Of a DNA stretch of 64,000 nt, positions 1 to 9,905 are shown in pieces (position 1 is the stretch's first letter; the number at the start of each line of letters is the position of its first letter). The DNA comes from Nitrospinaceae bacterium (GTDB lineage Bacteria; Nitrospinota; Nitrospinia; Nitrospinales; VA-1), in assembly GCA_023271875.1 (NCBI GenBank), contig JALPWY010000001.1:6091-70090 (forward strand), given 5' to 3'. A program made the position numbers and the translations under genes. Below the pieces are notes generated by a model, which saw only the letters and a program-made list of their open reading frames with translations, had not been told where the DNA came from and did not search any database.

Positions 1-1
1 G

Positions 2-241
2 GGGTTAAAACCTGGATATTACAACCTCTTCGGCCTGAAACTGATCTGCGTGGTCGTTGCTTTTTTTTTAAGTATCTATCAGACATTCAACCTGCGGGCT
101 CGAATTGCTAATCTAGACCTATCACCAGAAAACCGAAAAATTGTCCCGGAAACGATCCAGCAAATAAAAAAGACAACTGTTCTCGCCCTGATTGTATTTT
201 CTCTCGCTGTCTTTTTTGGAATCTGGTTGGCAAGGTTCTAA
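2..241 (+). CDS. 3' end of a membrane protein gene cut by the window edge (hypothetical)
   Basis: Frame 2 is open from base 2 to the stop at 239-241, so track ORF 50..241 is only its internal GTG part. C-terminal hydrophobic segment TVLALIVFSLAVFFGIWLA. Confidence 0.4.
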   Translation, partial: GLKPGYYNLFGLKLICVVVAFFLSIYQTFNLRARIANLDLSPENRKIVPETIQQIKKTTVLALIVFSLAVFFGIWLARF

Positions 242-262
242 GAAAATCAAAAAACCAAAGAA

Positions 263-658
263 TTGTTTTATTCTGACTATTTAGTTACTATGTGTAAAAA
301 TAAGGAGGCCTTCTTGAACAATACAAATCCGACCCAAGAACAAAACTCAACCCTCCAGCCGATTACAAAAAATTCTGTCTCAGACAATGAACCCCCATCG
401 ACGCAAGAGGAAACCCCTTTAGAGAAACATCTTGATGAACAAACAATTGATTTGAACGAATTGTTTCCAGATGCTGATACAGATCTCAACAACTTGTTCC
501 CCGATTATGAGGTAAAGCGTCTCCTTAAAAACATCATGAAAAACAAAAAAGATATGGGCTTGATAAAAGAACGTCTCGCTACCGAAAACAAAACACCCAA
601 AGAAACCAAAGAGGGAGAAAACACCGAGGATTCATCGGAACCTGATAAAACAGACTAG
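263..658 (+). CDS. hypothetical acidic low-complexity protein
   Basis: 131-aa ORF. SD AAGGAGG at 302-308 favours a TTG start at 314 (alternatives ATG 290, TTG 263). D/E/T/N-rich with a duplicated motif DLNELFPD / DLNNLFPD. No family recognised. Confidence 0.45.
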   Translation: MFYSDYLVTMCKNKEAFLNNTNPTQEQNSTLQPITKNSVSDNEPPSTQEETPLEKHLDEQTIDLNELFPDADTDLNNLFPDYEVKRLLKNIMKNKKDMGLIKERLATENKTPKETKEGENTEDSSEPDKTD

Positions 659-733
659 ACCCCAACCACCTATATAAGTTTGCCGCGATAACCTATCCAC
701 CCAAAATTTTAACTGGTAATAAATTTGGACACA

Positions 734-1423
734 TTACGTAGCATTATCTTTCTGCTGCCGTTTTAGCTTATGAATCATTGGAGAAATGTTATCGTAACCT
801 AGTGGGTATCCGATTTTTTCAAAGGTTGCCTTTACTTGCAGGAATGCCTCCAAAGCCCTAGAAAACTGCTCTGTTTTTAAAAAATAATGGCCCTGGGTTT
901 CGTATATTTTTGCTTTGACAATATGCGGTTTAGTGCCTTGAACTTGCCTGACCGCCTTACCAAGCCATTCGCCTGCCTTATCGAAATCCGAGTGCTCCAT
1001 ATAAAACTCACCCATCTTTTTCATTGCCCGCCCCTCACCGATTTTATCCTGTAGCTTTTGGTGATACTCAACGGCCGACAGGTAGGCATTTTTTGTTTCT
1101 TTTAACTTATGAGCAAATTTGTAAATATCACCAATTGACTCATATGTTCTAGCGGCGCGTTTGAAGTTTTTTCGTTCTTCAAATAACGCGATGGCTTTTT
1201 TGTAATTTTCTACTGCCTGATCGAATTCGTGGTAGAAAAAATTTTGTGAAGCTATTTGGATGAGTCGGTCAGCTTCATCCTTAGCATCAATGGGTGGGGT
1301 AATTGCTCCGTTGGGTCCCTCATAAAAAACCTTATCCAGACCAATCCTGAAAAATAAACCAAAAACAATTATTAAACTAACGATGAGGGTAATCTTACCC
1401 TTGGACTGTAGTTTTTGTACCAT
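734..1423 (-). CDS. membrane-anchored TPR-repeat protein
   Basis: N-terminal TM helix ITLIVSLIIVFGLFF followed by several TPR-like 34-aa repeats (e.g. FDQAVENYKKAIALFEE, AYLSAVEYHQKL, FDKAGEWLGKAV). Confidence 0.65.
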   Translation of the reverse strand: MVQKLQSKGKITLIVSLIIVFGLFFRIGLDKVFYEGPNGAITPPIDAKDEADRLIQIASQNFFYHEFDQAVENYKKAIALFEERKNFKRAARTYESIGDIYKFAHKLKETKNAYLSAVEYHQKLQDKIGEGRAMKKMGEFYMEHSDFDKAGEWLGKAVRQVQGTKPHIVKAKIYETQGHYFLKTEQFSRALEAFLQVKATFEKIGYPLGYDNISPMIHKLKRQQKDNAT

Positions 1424-1480
1424 GACGCTCGCTGCAGATTATAGAAGGCGCTCTTTAAATGATAACAGCATTCGAGAGGG

Positions 1481-2476
1481 CTAAATTACTTGCACACGGA
1501 GTCCTCTCTGAACAAAACGGAATGGAATTACCTGACCCTTGAGGCGGACCAGCTCCAAGACAACTGACTCTCTTTTTCTAGACGGCACCATGAAAGCAAT
1601 GCACCCTCCTCCACCTGCGCCACAAACTTTGGCAGCCTGTGCCCCTTTTTTCATCGCGCCTGCGATAAGCCTATCCATGTGTGGAGTGCTAATAGTTGGC
1701 GCTAGTGCTTTTCGCGCCTCCCACTCGCGGGCAAACAAAGCAGTCACCTTTTTCATCTGCCCTAAGGTCAATGCTTTATCCATCTCTCTTGCTATCTGCG
1801 CTATTTTTTTCAACTTTTCCATAATTGCGCGATCCTTATCTAAAGCCTTCTTCATGACTTTCCAGTTGTTAATACCAGATCGCCTGGGGTTTCCGGTATA
1901 GCACAAAACCATACTCGCGCTAAGTTTTTGCAAGGAAAAGGGCAAAGTAACCGAATCTACACCATCAAACCCTGGTCGCACCGAGCGAACCCCTCCATAT
2001 AACGGGGGAAAATAATCCTGCCAGCCGGTAGGAACTGAAATGACTTGAGTCTCAATATTCATTGCTGCTTCCAGCATCTGTTTTTTACTGAGACCCTTTT
2101 TCGTAAATGCATTGAGCGCACCATGTAAAGCTATATTCAAAGCTGACGACCCACCAATTCCAGAACCAGGTGGCGCCTTGCTGGATGTCACAATATTCAA
2201 CCCTTGTTTCGGTTGATAATATTTAAGGGTTTTTAAAATGAGGTCCAGGGAGTGGCTCTCGGGCAAAGATACAATCGAGTTGAATCTGGCCTGACATTGA
2301 AGGTCTTTCGATTTCACAAAAACCTTCCGGTCGCTTCTTGGAGTTAACTCGACCGTAGCATAAAGATTAATAGCCGCATTGAGCGTGGGAGGGTTCCCAA
2401 ATTGAAGGTAGAGAGGCCATATATCCAAGGTCCCCCCGGCCAAATCGATTCGAGTAGGCGCGGTACTTTTAATCAT
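1481..2476 (-). CDS. GHMP-family sugar/small-molecule kinase (heptose-7-P kinase / fucokinase-like)
   Basis: GHMP ATP-binding motif PPGSGIGGSSALNIAL. N-terminal RIDLAGGTLDIWP motif. C-terminal GAGGGG motif. Confidence 0.8.
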   Translation of the reverse strand: MIKSTAPTRIDLAGGTLDIWPLYLQFGNPPTLNAAINLYATVELTPRSDRKVFVKSKDLQCQARFNSIVSLPESHSLDLILKTLKYYQPKQGLNIVTSSKAPPGSGIGGSSALNIALHGALNAFTKKGLSKKQMLEAAMNIETQVISVPTGWQDYFPPLYGGVRSVRPGFDGVDSVTLPFSLQKLSASMVLCYTGNPRRSGINNWKVMKKALDKDRAIMEKLKKIAQIAREMDKALTLGQMKKVTALFAREWEARKALAPTISTPHMDRLIAGAMKKGAQAAKVCGAGGGGCIAFMVPSRKRESVVLELVRLKGQVIPFRFVQRGLRVQVI

Positions 2477-2596
2477 GCAATCAAATTTAGGACACCTGAA
2501 AAAGGAAGTCTCGAGTGAATGATGGATAGGAAAAAAGACCCATCCTGTCCGTCTAACTCTCCATAGGTTGTCGAAGTGGTCAGATATTAATCTTTA

Positions 2597-3229
2597 CTAT
2601 AATTTTTCGGACTTTTCCGACCCTTGCTCTATCTGGTTTATTTTATTTGTCAACTTTTGAACTAAGACCTCATAGGAATCCTTGCGGATAATTTTAGTAA
2701 ACTGAGAGCGGTAATTGCGGATCATACTGACACCTTCAATAACAAAATCATATACCTTCCAATGCCCATTTTCTTCGATGAGCTTATAATCAACCCCAAT
2801 AGTACTGCTTCGACGAACTACCTCCGTCTTAATAAGGGCATATTTCCCCTTGATTATTTCATCAAGGTAGTTGATTTTTTCATCTCTGTAAGCTTCAAGT
2901 TTATTGGCATAGGAATTCTCAAGCAACGATTTAAATAACACAATAAATTCCTGTCGTTCCTGATCCGAGCGAGCATCCCAGTTTTTAGCAAGTGAGCGCA
3001 TCACCATTTGGCGATAGTTAAATCGCTCGTCGATGGTCTTTCGCAAAGCTGCTCTACGAGCTTGGTGATCATTCTTCATAGCCTCATCTTTGACAATTTT
3101 AATCACCTTGTCGATGGTGCTTTTTAATTGACTTTTAATTTCTGAATCTGCAAAACAGACGGTCACCATAGATAAATAAATCATCAAACCGACCACAACT
3201 AAATGCATGTAAAACCGTTGTCGTTTCAT
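2597..3229 (-). CDS. MlaC/Ttg2D-like periplasmic phospholipid-binding protein
   Basis: Signal peptide. Core resembles the toluene-tolerance Ttg2D/MlaC family (NWDARSDQERQEFIVLFKSLLENSYANKLEAY, WKVYDFVIEGVSMIRNYRSQF). Confidence 0.7.
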   Translation of the reverse strand: MKRQRFYMHLVVVGLMIYLSMVTVCFADSEIKSQLKSTIDKVIKIVKDEAMKNDHQARRAALRKTIDERFNYRQMVMRSLAKNWDARSDQERQEFIVLFKSLLENSYANKLEAYRDEKINYLDEIIKGKYALIKTEVVRRSSTIGVDYKLIEENGHWKVYDFVIEGVSMIRNYRSQFTKIIRKDSYEVLVQKLTNKINQIEQGSEKSEKL

Positions 3230-3399
3230 CTGAATTTATAACCCTTTCAATACAGAAATAAATAGTTTCACTTTTAACCAAGCTAAGGTAACTCTAACAA
3301 ATATGGAAAACTCTATCAAGTATCCATAGCTAAACTGTCCTTTGAAAGCCCATGCCATGAAGCAAATATTCCTAAGCCTAAAAATATCCTTCGCCCGGA

Positions 3400-3434
3400 A
3401 TTCCTGATGCTACTAATTCTTGAAAATCAGGAAT
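3400..3434. repeat. perfect 9-bp inverted repeat (ATTCCTGAT N17 ATCAGGAAT) in the RND-mlaC intergenic region
   Basis: Arms at 3400-3408 and 3426-3434 are exact reverse complements. No U-run follows on either strand. Confidence 0.5.
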
Positions 3435-3482
3435 ACTTATCATCATTAGTGAAGATAAAAAAATAAAAAAATATTTCGCTGG

Positions 3483-5984
3483 TTATTTAACTTCTGGTCC
3501 GAGAGGCTTAAAAACTACAATAAGTAAAGGCAATAAAGTTAAATTACTTAAAAGTGCTACGGCCATGGCAATCCCAGTGAGGAAACCAAAATATATCGTG
3601 GGAATAAAATTGGATAAGGTCAAGACGGAAAACCCAACAGTTACAGTGATGGAGGTATAATAAATGGCCCGACCAATACTCCCGTGGCAAAGCATAATAC
3701 CTTCCCTATAGTTTGGGTTTCTGGAAAACTCCCGTTTAAACCTGTGCACGTAATGAATCGCGGCATCTACAGCAATACCTATAGTGATAGCCGCGATGGT
3801 AATTGTCATCATATCGAGCGGAATCTTCAACCAACCCATCAGGCCAAGAATTACGCCTGCCGAAAGAATGTTAGGGATAATTGCGAACACAGCCAAACCA
3901 ATGTTGCGAAATAAAATGATAAACATAAAAAGAATCGCAACAAACACTACCCCGAGTGTCATGATTTGCGACTGGTAAAGACTGCGCAGCATGTTGTTAT
4001 ATAAAACTGCCATTCCCGTGAAATGGATCCTTTCTTCAGCAACCTTCAATTCGTCCACTAAGTGCCGCTTGATCTTTTCCATTAATTCCCCACGATTTAA
4101 AGTAGGGTTGGTTTCCTCTATGCGTAGTGTAATGCGGATCTGATTTGCATCAGCAGACAAATATGGGTTAAGAAATGTTTTTTTTGCCTCTTTTGGGAAA
4201 AGCTTCCTATAAAGAGTCAAGTCATAATCATCGGGAACCTGACCATCGTTCAGCAACCTAACCACCTTCAAGGTCGTTGCTATAGAGAGAACTTTCCCAA
4301 TCTGCGGTTGAGTTTCAAGGTAGTCGTGTATTTTTTCAACTTCTAACAATTTTTCGGAATTAAACCAGTAGTTTTCCTCTTCGTATTCTTCAACCTCGCT
4401 AAACGGGTCATCGGATAAGTCTATTGCCAATCGGTCTTTTTCCACTTCTTTTAAATAAGTAAAAAAATCTTTCTCCGCATCAATAATGATACTCAAGGGC
4501 GTGGTTCCTCCAAGCTGGGTATCAATGACGCTCATCCCTTGGTAAATTTCTGTGTCTTTTTTGAAATAGTCAATAAATCGATTATCCACCTGCAATTGAA
4601 ATACTCCCGCAACGCTCATTAGAGCAAGAATAGCTGATATGAAAAGAATCTTATTTCTGTTGCCAAGGGCAAACAATCCGATACTGCTAGTTAAACGTTT
4701 GGTAATATCGTGACTGGACACTGCTTGCTTCGGACTCATTAACTTTAGGAACGATGGGAAAAAAATAAAAGAAATAACAAACGCATATGTGATTCCAATC
4801 GTCATGATCCAGCCAAAATCAATTACCGGTCGTATTCCGCTTACCATCAAGGAAACAAATGCCACAATGGTTGTGATCGCGGTATAGAAACAGGGTTGGA
4901 ACATCAGCCTAGTGGTGGTAGAAACTAATTCGGCTTGACCCATGTTGGGGTTTCCAGCATGCAGTTCTCCGTATCTGACTATCAGGTGAATCGTTAGCGC
5001 GATAGTAACAATCGTAAGAATGGAAATAAAATTAGAGGATATCACCGTAACCCTCCAATCCAACCACCCTAAGAAGCCCAACATGATCCAAGCTGCAAAA
5101 GCACAACAGAGCAAAGGAAGAACAACCCATCTAATTTTTCTAAAAAAGAACCACATTGAAACGATCATGAGACCAAATACCCCGACACCAAACACATAAA
5201 GATCGCTTTCTATCAAGTCGACCATGTCAGATGTGATCATAGGTAGACCGCCCAAAAATATCTTTGCCTTATTTCGATATTTATCCAGAATGGAACGGAC
5301 TTTTTTGATCTCCTCTCTTTGGATATCCTGTATATGTGCAAGGTGCTTTTTATACTCAAGAGAAGTTTGGTGTAATTTTATTTCTTCTTCTGACGTCAAA
5401 GACCCCTGGCTTCTCTTTTTTTCTCGCAGTTCATCCCTTCCCTCCATGAGGGAATAATATTTTTTATCTCGCTTGTAAAATGCCAATAGAGAAGTGGTTT
5501 TCCCATCGGGACTGACCAAAAGTTTCTTATAAATGGGGCTAGTCGTAAATTCTTTCTGAGCTAGTTTCTTATCCAACTCAGGAGTATCCAAAGTCCTTTT
5601 ATTGCTTTCCAACTCCGATATTTTAATCCTTGGACTATCTAACAAAGGGACATCCAAAATGCTCACCACCGACTCAATTCTTTCTAACTTAGAAAGATCT
5701 TCCTTCAATCCCCGTAAACCATCTAATGAATCCTTCGACAAAAGTTCTCCGAACGGGGCATAGGTGATAATCAGAAAATCCTCCGTGCCATAGGCCTTCC
5801 CGATCGTTCGGTGGTAACGCAAGTCCTGATCATTTTCAAGAACCAACGAGTCCGCAGACGCATCCAATCTGAAATTTTTTACATAAATCCCAGATACTCC
5901 TAAAGCCAAGGCAATAAAGACCAGCCATACCTTGGGATAAGCTAACACCAGTTGATTGTAAAGGTTCGATGGTATGGGTTTCAT
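3483..5984 (-). CDS. RND-superfamily MMPL/SSD-type exporter (HpnN-like architecture)
   Basis: 833 aa with two hydrophobic multi-TM blocks, each preceded by a large soluble loop. This is typical MMPL/RND topology. It lies adjacent to the mlaC-like gene. Confidence 0.75.
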   Translation of the reverse strand: MKPIPSNLYNQLVLAYPKVWLVFIALALGVSGIYVKNFRLDASADSLVLENDQDLRYHRTIGKAYGTEDFLIITYAPFGELLSKDSLDGLRGLKEDLSKLERIESVVSILDVPLLDSPRIKISELESNKRTLDTPELDKKLAQKEFTTSPIYKKLLVSPDGKTTSLLAFYKRDKKYYSLMEGRDELREKKRSQGSLTSEEEIKLHQTSLEYKKHLAHIQDIQREEIKKVRSILDKYRNKAKIFLGGLPMITSDMVDLIESDLYVFGVGVFGLMIVSMWFFFRKIRWVVLPLLCCAFAAWIMLGFLGWLDWRVTVISSNFISILTIVTIALTIHLIVRYGELHAGNPNMGQAELVSTTTRLMFQPCFYTAITTIVAFVSLMVSGIRPVIDFGWIMTIGITYAFVISFIFFPSFLKLMSPKQAVSSHDITKRLTSSIGLFALGNRNKILFISAILALMSVAGVFQLQVDNRFIDYFKKDTEIYQGMSVIDTQLGGTTPLSIIIDAEKDFFTYLKEVEKDRLAIDLSDDPFSEVEEYEEENYWFNSEKLLEVEKIHDYLETQPQIGKVLSIATTLKVVRLLNDGQVPDDYDLTLYRKLFPKEAKKTFLNPYLSADANQIRITLRIEETNPTLNRGELMEKIKRHLVDELKVAEERIHFTGMAVLYNNMLRSLYQSQIMTLGVVFVAILFMFIILFRNIGLAVFAIIPNILSAGVILGLMGWLKIPLDMMTITIAAITIGIAVDAAIHYVHRFKREFSRNPNYREGIMLCHGSIGRAIYYTSITVTVGFSVLTLSNFIPTIYFGFLTGIAMAVALLSNLTLLPLLIVVFKPLGPEVK

Positions 5985-6444
5985 AACTTGTAAGGGTAAA
6001 GAGTATGTTGGAGATTCGATTAAAACCGCGTCAAGAAAACAAGCTCTTTTAAAAACCCAACTCTACGAAAGAGGAGGTCTTAAAATTTCGAAAAGGCACG
6101 TCTCTGTAGCTATCTTTTATACCGTTTGTCTAGCTAATTAAGGAAATAGTGTATGCAGAATCGGAAATTACTGCTACACGTTAAGAGAAGACATGAATAA
6201 CGCGGCGAAATTATCACGAAACCTTTCACGAGTCAATGTGGGTTGCCGTCAAAAAAAATAGCAACGTATTGATGCTATTGTATACTTCAGGCACCAAACC
6301 GAAGTTTTTTTCTCTTCCATACTGTCGCACCGCGCAGTTCCTCTTTTAGTTAATACTCATATGAACAACTTAAACACGCAACTTATTTGGTTTTAAAAAG
6401 GGTACCTTAAAAAAATCTATTGACGCCTATAATTCAATACTTTA

Positions 6445-6453
6445 TGATATAAT
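6445..6453 (+). promoter_or_regulatory. candidate extended -10 promoter element (TGATATAAT) for the lipoprotein operon
   Basis: TGnTATAAT match about 35 nt upstream of the 6488 start. It is part of the recurring TATGATAWAAT motif. There is no well-spaced -35. Confidence 0.35.
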
Positions 6454-6487
6454 ACCATTTAATGAACCGCTTAAAGTAAAGATACCG

Positions 6488-7459
6488 ATGATAAAGTCTT
6501 ACCCAAGCAAAAAATTTACATGCGCAATTGCCCTAACTCTAGTAGCTTTAATTGGTGCAGGCTGCGGCAAAGCCAGAGTCGATGTTTTTCACGAGGCTGG
6601 GGACAATTGGGATTATCCCAAATCCGTAGCTATACTTCCTTTCTCTTTCGATTCTGCGGTTGAGGAAAATAAATCTACTCATTCAATTCTACGTAAAACA
6701 TTTTTTAATTACTTTAGTTACTTGGGATACAACGATATACCTCTTAACACAGTCGATTTAAAATTAGACCCTATAATTGAAACTGGCGTTAGCGTTGATG
6801 ATATATCCACCAGTCAGTTGATGAAAGTTCTTGAAGTCGACGCGGTCATCCGGGGACACGTTATAAACTCCACCAACTTCACTGCTGGAATTTACGCTGA
6901 AACAAGTATCGAAGCAAAGTTAGAAATGATCGACTTGCGAACAGACGCAGTGCTATGGGACACCAAACACAATGAGCTTAACTCTTCTGGTATTACTACG
7001 CCCTCACTGGTAGACATGATTCACGACCAAACAGAAAACTCTAATGTGAACAAGGCCTACCATCGGGTTGCGGAGTCCTTTGCTCTGAAAGTGCTTGCGA
7101 AAACCCCCGATCCCGCAAGCTTACGTCATAACGAAGTTCGCCTGCCCCAAATCGCATCCGTTGAAACGAATATAAAAGGAAATTATAAATTGCGGCCCAA
7201 TGACCTTATATACGTAAGCATTAAAGGAGAACCCGATTTGGTTGGTCACTTTGACATTGGAAGCTTCAAGACAGGAATACCGATGAAGGAAGTCTCGCCG
7301 GGTCTTTACACGGGAAACTACCGCGTTAAAAAGGGAGACAAAATTGATAACGCCCTGATCGTTGCAAACTTGTCCAATAAAGAAGGTTTGACCGCGAAGA
7401 AGTTCTATAAAAAAGCATTGGCCATCAAAGAAACACACGCAATACCGGAGAAAAAATGA
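6488..7459 (+). CDS. lipoprotein with LpoB/DUF799-like N-terminal domain and an unknown C-terminal domain
   Basis: Lipobox LIGAGC. N-terminal domain motifs AILPFSFDS and VDAVIRGHV resemble the DUF799/LpoB/CsgG-like fold family. ATGA overlap with the next gene. Confidence 0.65.
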   Translation: MIKSYPSKKFTCAIALTLVALIGAGCGKARVDVFHEAGDNWDYPKSVAILPFSFDSAVEENKSTHSILRKTFFNYFSYLGYNDIPLNTVDLKLDPIIETGVSVDDISTSQLMKVLEVDAVIRGHVINSTNFTAGIYAETSIEAKLEMIDLRTDAVLWDTKHNELNSSGITTPSLVDMIHDQTENSNVNKAYHRVAESFALKVLAKTPDPASLRHNEVRLPQIASVETNIKGNYKLRPNDLIYVSIKGEPDLVGHFDIGSFKTGIPMKEVSPGLYTGNYRVKKGDKIDNALIVANLSNKEGLTAKKFYKKALAIKETHAIPEKK

Positions 7460-8709
7460 ACACTAACTTTATTAGCTTTACACAGAGCTTTGGACACGCT
7501 GTTAAAGTAGCGCTTGTTCTCATGCTGACTTTAACATTCACCGCCTGCACAACCAGTTTACAGTCTAAAGTGGCGGGAAACTTAAATCAAGTCTCTGCGC
7601 AACAACAATCTATGGCGATCCTTCCTGTCGAAATCCTAAAAAAAGACCAGAAAGAAACAGCGAGGATGCTTCGCCAGGGACTTTACGCCCATCTCAAGAA
7701 ATCTAATTTCAACCTTATCGAACGCTATGTTGTGGATGGTCTTCTTAAACAACACGACCTGAATAACCCAGCAGATTTTCTTAAAATAAACCCAATGCGA
7801 TTCGCTGAGATTCTTGGTGCCGACGCTGTATTGATTTCTCGTGTCAATAAGGTTGAACGCTCTTACGTTGTCGTCCATTCTTCAATAGAAATCGGAGTCT
7901 CTGCACAACTGGTTGACACACGAACAGGAGAAATTTTATGGCGTGCAGAACAAACCGAACAGGATTACCAAGGCATTGCTAAGATCCCGACTGGCATTTC
8001 AGCCGCCGTTCTAGGGCCAATCAGATTCGTAACTAACAAACTCAACCTGCGCCGCTTAACTTCCAAACTCGTGGAAAAGCTGACCGCAATCGTTAAAAAT
8101 CCAGAGGGCGCAGAAAAAAGAGAAACTTTTGAAGAACCTCTGATCGCCTCAACAACAACCCGTGACCTTGATAAAATTAAAACGGTCAATGCCCTAGAAA
8201 CCGAGTGGGCTAAAGATTCCGCCACTTATACTAAACTTCCTTTTCCTAGTAAAACTCAAAGGAGCTTTCAAGAAGGATCAAGCTCAACCCGACAACGATT
8301 CGTGCCAGAGGTTGAAGCAACACTTCCCAGTCATGTCAACTGGGTACCCAGAAAAACGAATTTACAAACTGTGACGCCAGAGCAACGAACAGAAATCCTG
8401 GATCAGTCGAATATTTTCACTACGGTCCCAGCAAGCATTACGTCGACCCAAAAGTCAACTCGAAGCGAACCACCTCAATACACGATTCAGGTGGGTGCCT
8501 ATAAAACAGAGTCAAACGCCAAACAAGTGGTCAGCAACTTATTAGAAAAAGGGTATCGAGCCCACGTCAGTTCTGATCTGAAAGATGGTGCACCACTGTT
8601 TAAAGTTCACATAGATGAATTCAGCAATAAAAATGAAGCCCGCAAACTTGCCAAAAAATTAACTACAAAAGAAAACCTTCCAAGCTTCGTCACCACCAGC
8701 ATAAACTGA
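7456..8709 (+). CDS. lipoprotein with LpoB/DUF799-like N-terminal domain, disordered linker and C-terminal SPOR domain
   Basis: Lipobox TFTAC. MAILPVE and ADAVLISRV motifs parallel the upstream paralog. C-terminal SPOR-like YTIQVGAYKTESNAKQVVSNLLEKGYRAHV...FKVHIDEFSNKNEARKLAKKL. Confidence 0.75.
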   Translation: MNTNFISFTQSFGHAVKVALVLMLTLTFTACTTSLQSKVAGNLNQVSAQQQSMAILPVEILKKDQKETARMLRQGLYAHLKKSNFNLIERYVVDGLLKQHDLNNPADFLKINPMRFAEILGADAVLISRVNKVERSYVVVHSSIEIGVSAQLVDTRTGEILWRAEQTEQDYQGIAKIPTGISAAVLGPIRFVTNKLNLRRLTSKLVEKLTAIVKNPEGAEKRETFEEPLIASTTTRDLDKIKTVNALETEWAKDSATYTKLPFPSKTQRSFQEGSSSTRQRFVPEVEATLPSHVNWVPRKTNLQTVTPEQRTEILDQSNIFTTVPASITSTQKSTRSEPPQYTIQVGAYKTESNAKQVVSNLLEKGYRAHVSSDLKDGAPLFKVHIDEFSNKNEARKLAKKLTTKENLPSFVTTSIN

Positions 8710-8771
8710 ATTTCAAAACTCGATTTTTTTTAACGTGGAGCCAACGAGTTTACTCAACTGCGGTTTCCAGT

Positions 8772-9905
8772 TCACAAAAAACTATCCAGCAAATCAAAAA
8801 ATCTATCGGCTTCGTCCTTACTGTTGTAGTAATGCGGCGAAAGTCGAACTAACCCATCACGCACGGTCAAAGACACATTGTTCTCCAGCATGTAAGTGGA
8901 AAATTGTTGCGGTTCAGCTTTCAGCTCATAAGATATGATCCCCGATCTTTCCTTTTGGACTTTCGAATTGAATATTTTAATCCCCCGTTTTTGTAGACCT
9001 TCCATCAAGTAATCTCCCTGCGATAGGACACTGGATTGAATCGAATCAATCCCTATTTCCCCCAACAGGTCAAGCGCTGCGCCCAACGCGTAAATACTCA
9101 TAGTATTAAAACTACCTTCCTCAAAGCGTTTAGCATCTGGACGAAAAGTAAAATCATAATTCATAAAATCCCATGCATCCACCACGCTATCCCATCCGAC
9201 ACTAACTGGATAAATTTTCTCTAACACGTTCTTCGAAATATAAAACCCGCCTAACCCTTCAACACTCAACATCCATTTGTGACCATCAGCGGAGAGAAAA
9301 TCAATGTTATCGCGTTTCACATCCATTTCTAAAATCCCCAAACTCTGAATAGCGTCGACGCAAAACAAAATGTTATTTTCTCTACAAAAGGCACCTATTC
9401 GATTCAAATCATTTTTAAAACCACTATTACACTCGACCGAACTAACGGACACAATACGTGTTCGTTTATCGGTTTGCTCAATCAAGTCATCGAACACTAC
9501 ACGACCATCCTTTGACTTCACCATACGTGTTTCCACTCCAAAACGCTCCAAGTTCCACCACGGATAAACGTTGGCAGGAAACTCAATGTCCGGAATCACC
9601 ACATTATCGCCTGGGTTCCAATCTAACCCGTTCGCGACAATAGAGATTCCTTCCGATGTATTTTTAACAAATGCCACTTCATCAACATCTCCATTTATTA
9701 GCCAAGCAAATTTTCCACGCACTCTTTCCACTTCCTCCATCCATTTCTTATAATTTTTTGTTCCATTCTCACAGGCATCATTAGTAAACGCGTTTACTGC
9801 ATCGCGAACCCTTCGAGGCAATGGTGAAACCTTGGCATGATCAAAAAATATCCGGGTGGCTTTAACTGGGAACTCCTGTTGCAACTGTTTTTCGTGTGGG
9901 TTCAT
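8772..9905 (-). CDS. class V (fold type I) PLP-dependent aminotransferase / cysteine desulfurase-like enzyme
   Basis: PLP-lysine context LSADGHKW. The family-typical N-terminus starts at ATG 9905 (MNPHEKQLQQEFPV...FDHAKVSPLP). The track ORF runs further upstream into the lexA-like remnant. Confidence 0.8.
   Translation of the reverse strand: MNPHEKQLQQEFPVKATRIFFDHAKVSPLPRRVRDAVNAFTNDACENGTKNYKKWMEEVERVRGKFAWLINGDVDEVAFVKNTSEGISIVANGLDWNPGDNVVIPDIEFPANVYPWWNLERFGVETRMVKSKDGRVVFDDLIEQTDKRTRIVSVSSVECNSGFKNDLNRIGAFCRENNILFCVDAIQSLGILEMDVKRDNIDFLSADGHKWMLSVEGLGGFYISKNVLEKIYPVSVGWDSVVDAWDFMNYDFTFRPDAKRFEEGSFNTMSIYALGAALDLLGEIGIDSIQSSVLSQGDYLMEGLQKRGIKIFNSKVQKERSGIISYELKAEPQQFSTYMLENNVSLTVRDGLVRLSPHYYNSKDEADRFFDLLDSFL

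Noticed and set aside
3483-5984. Specific call of the RND exporter as the hopanoid transporter HpnN
   Set aside because: Only the architecture and size fit. No squalene-hopene cyclase or hpn genes lie in the window, so only the MMPL/RND family call is supported.
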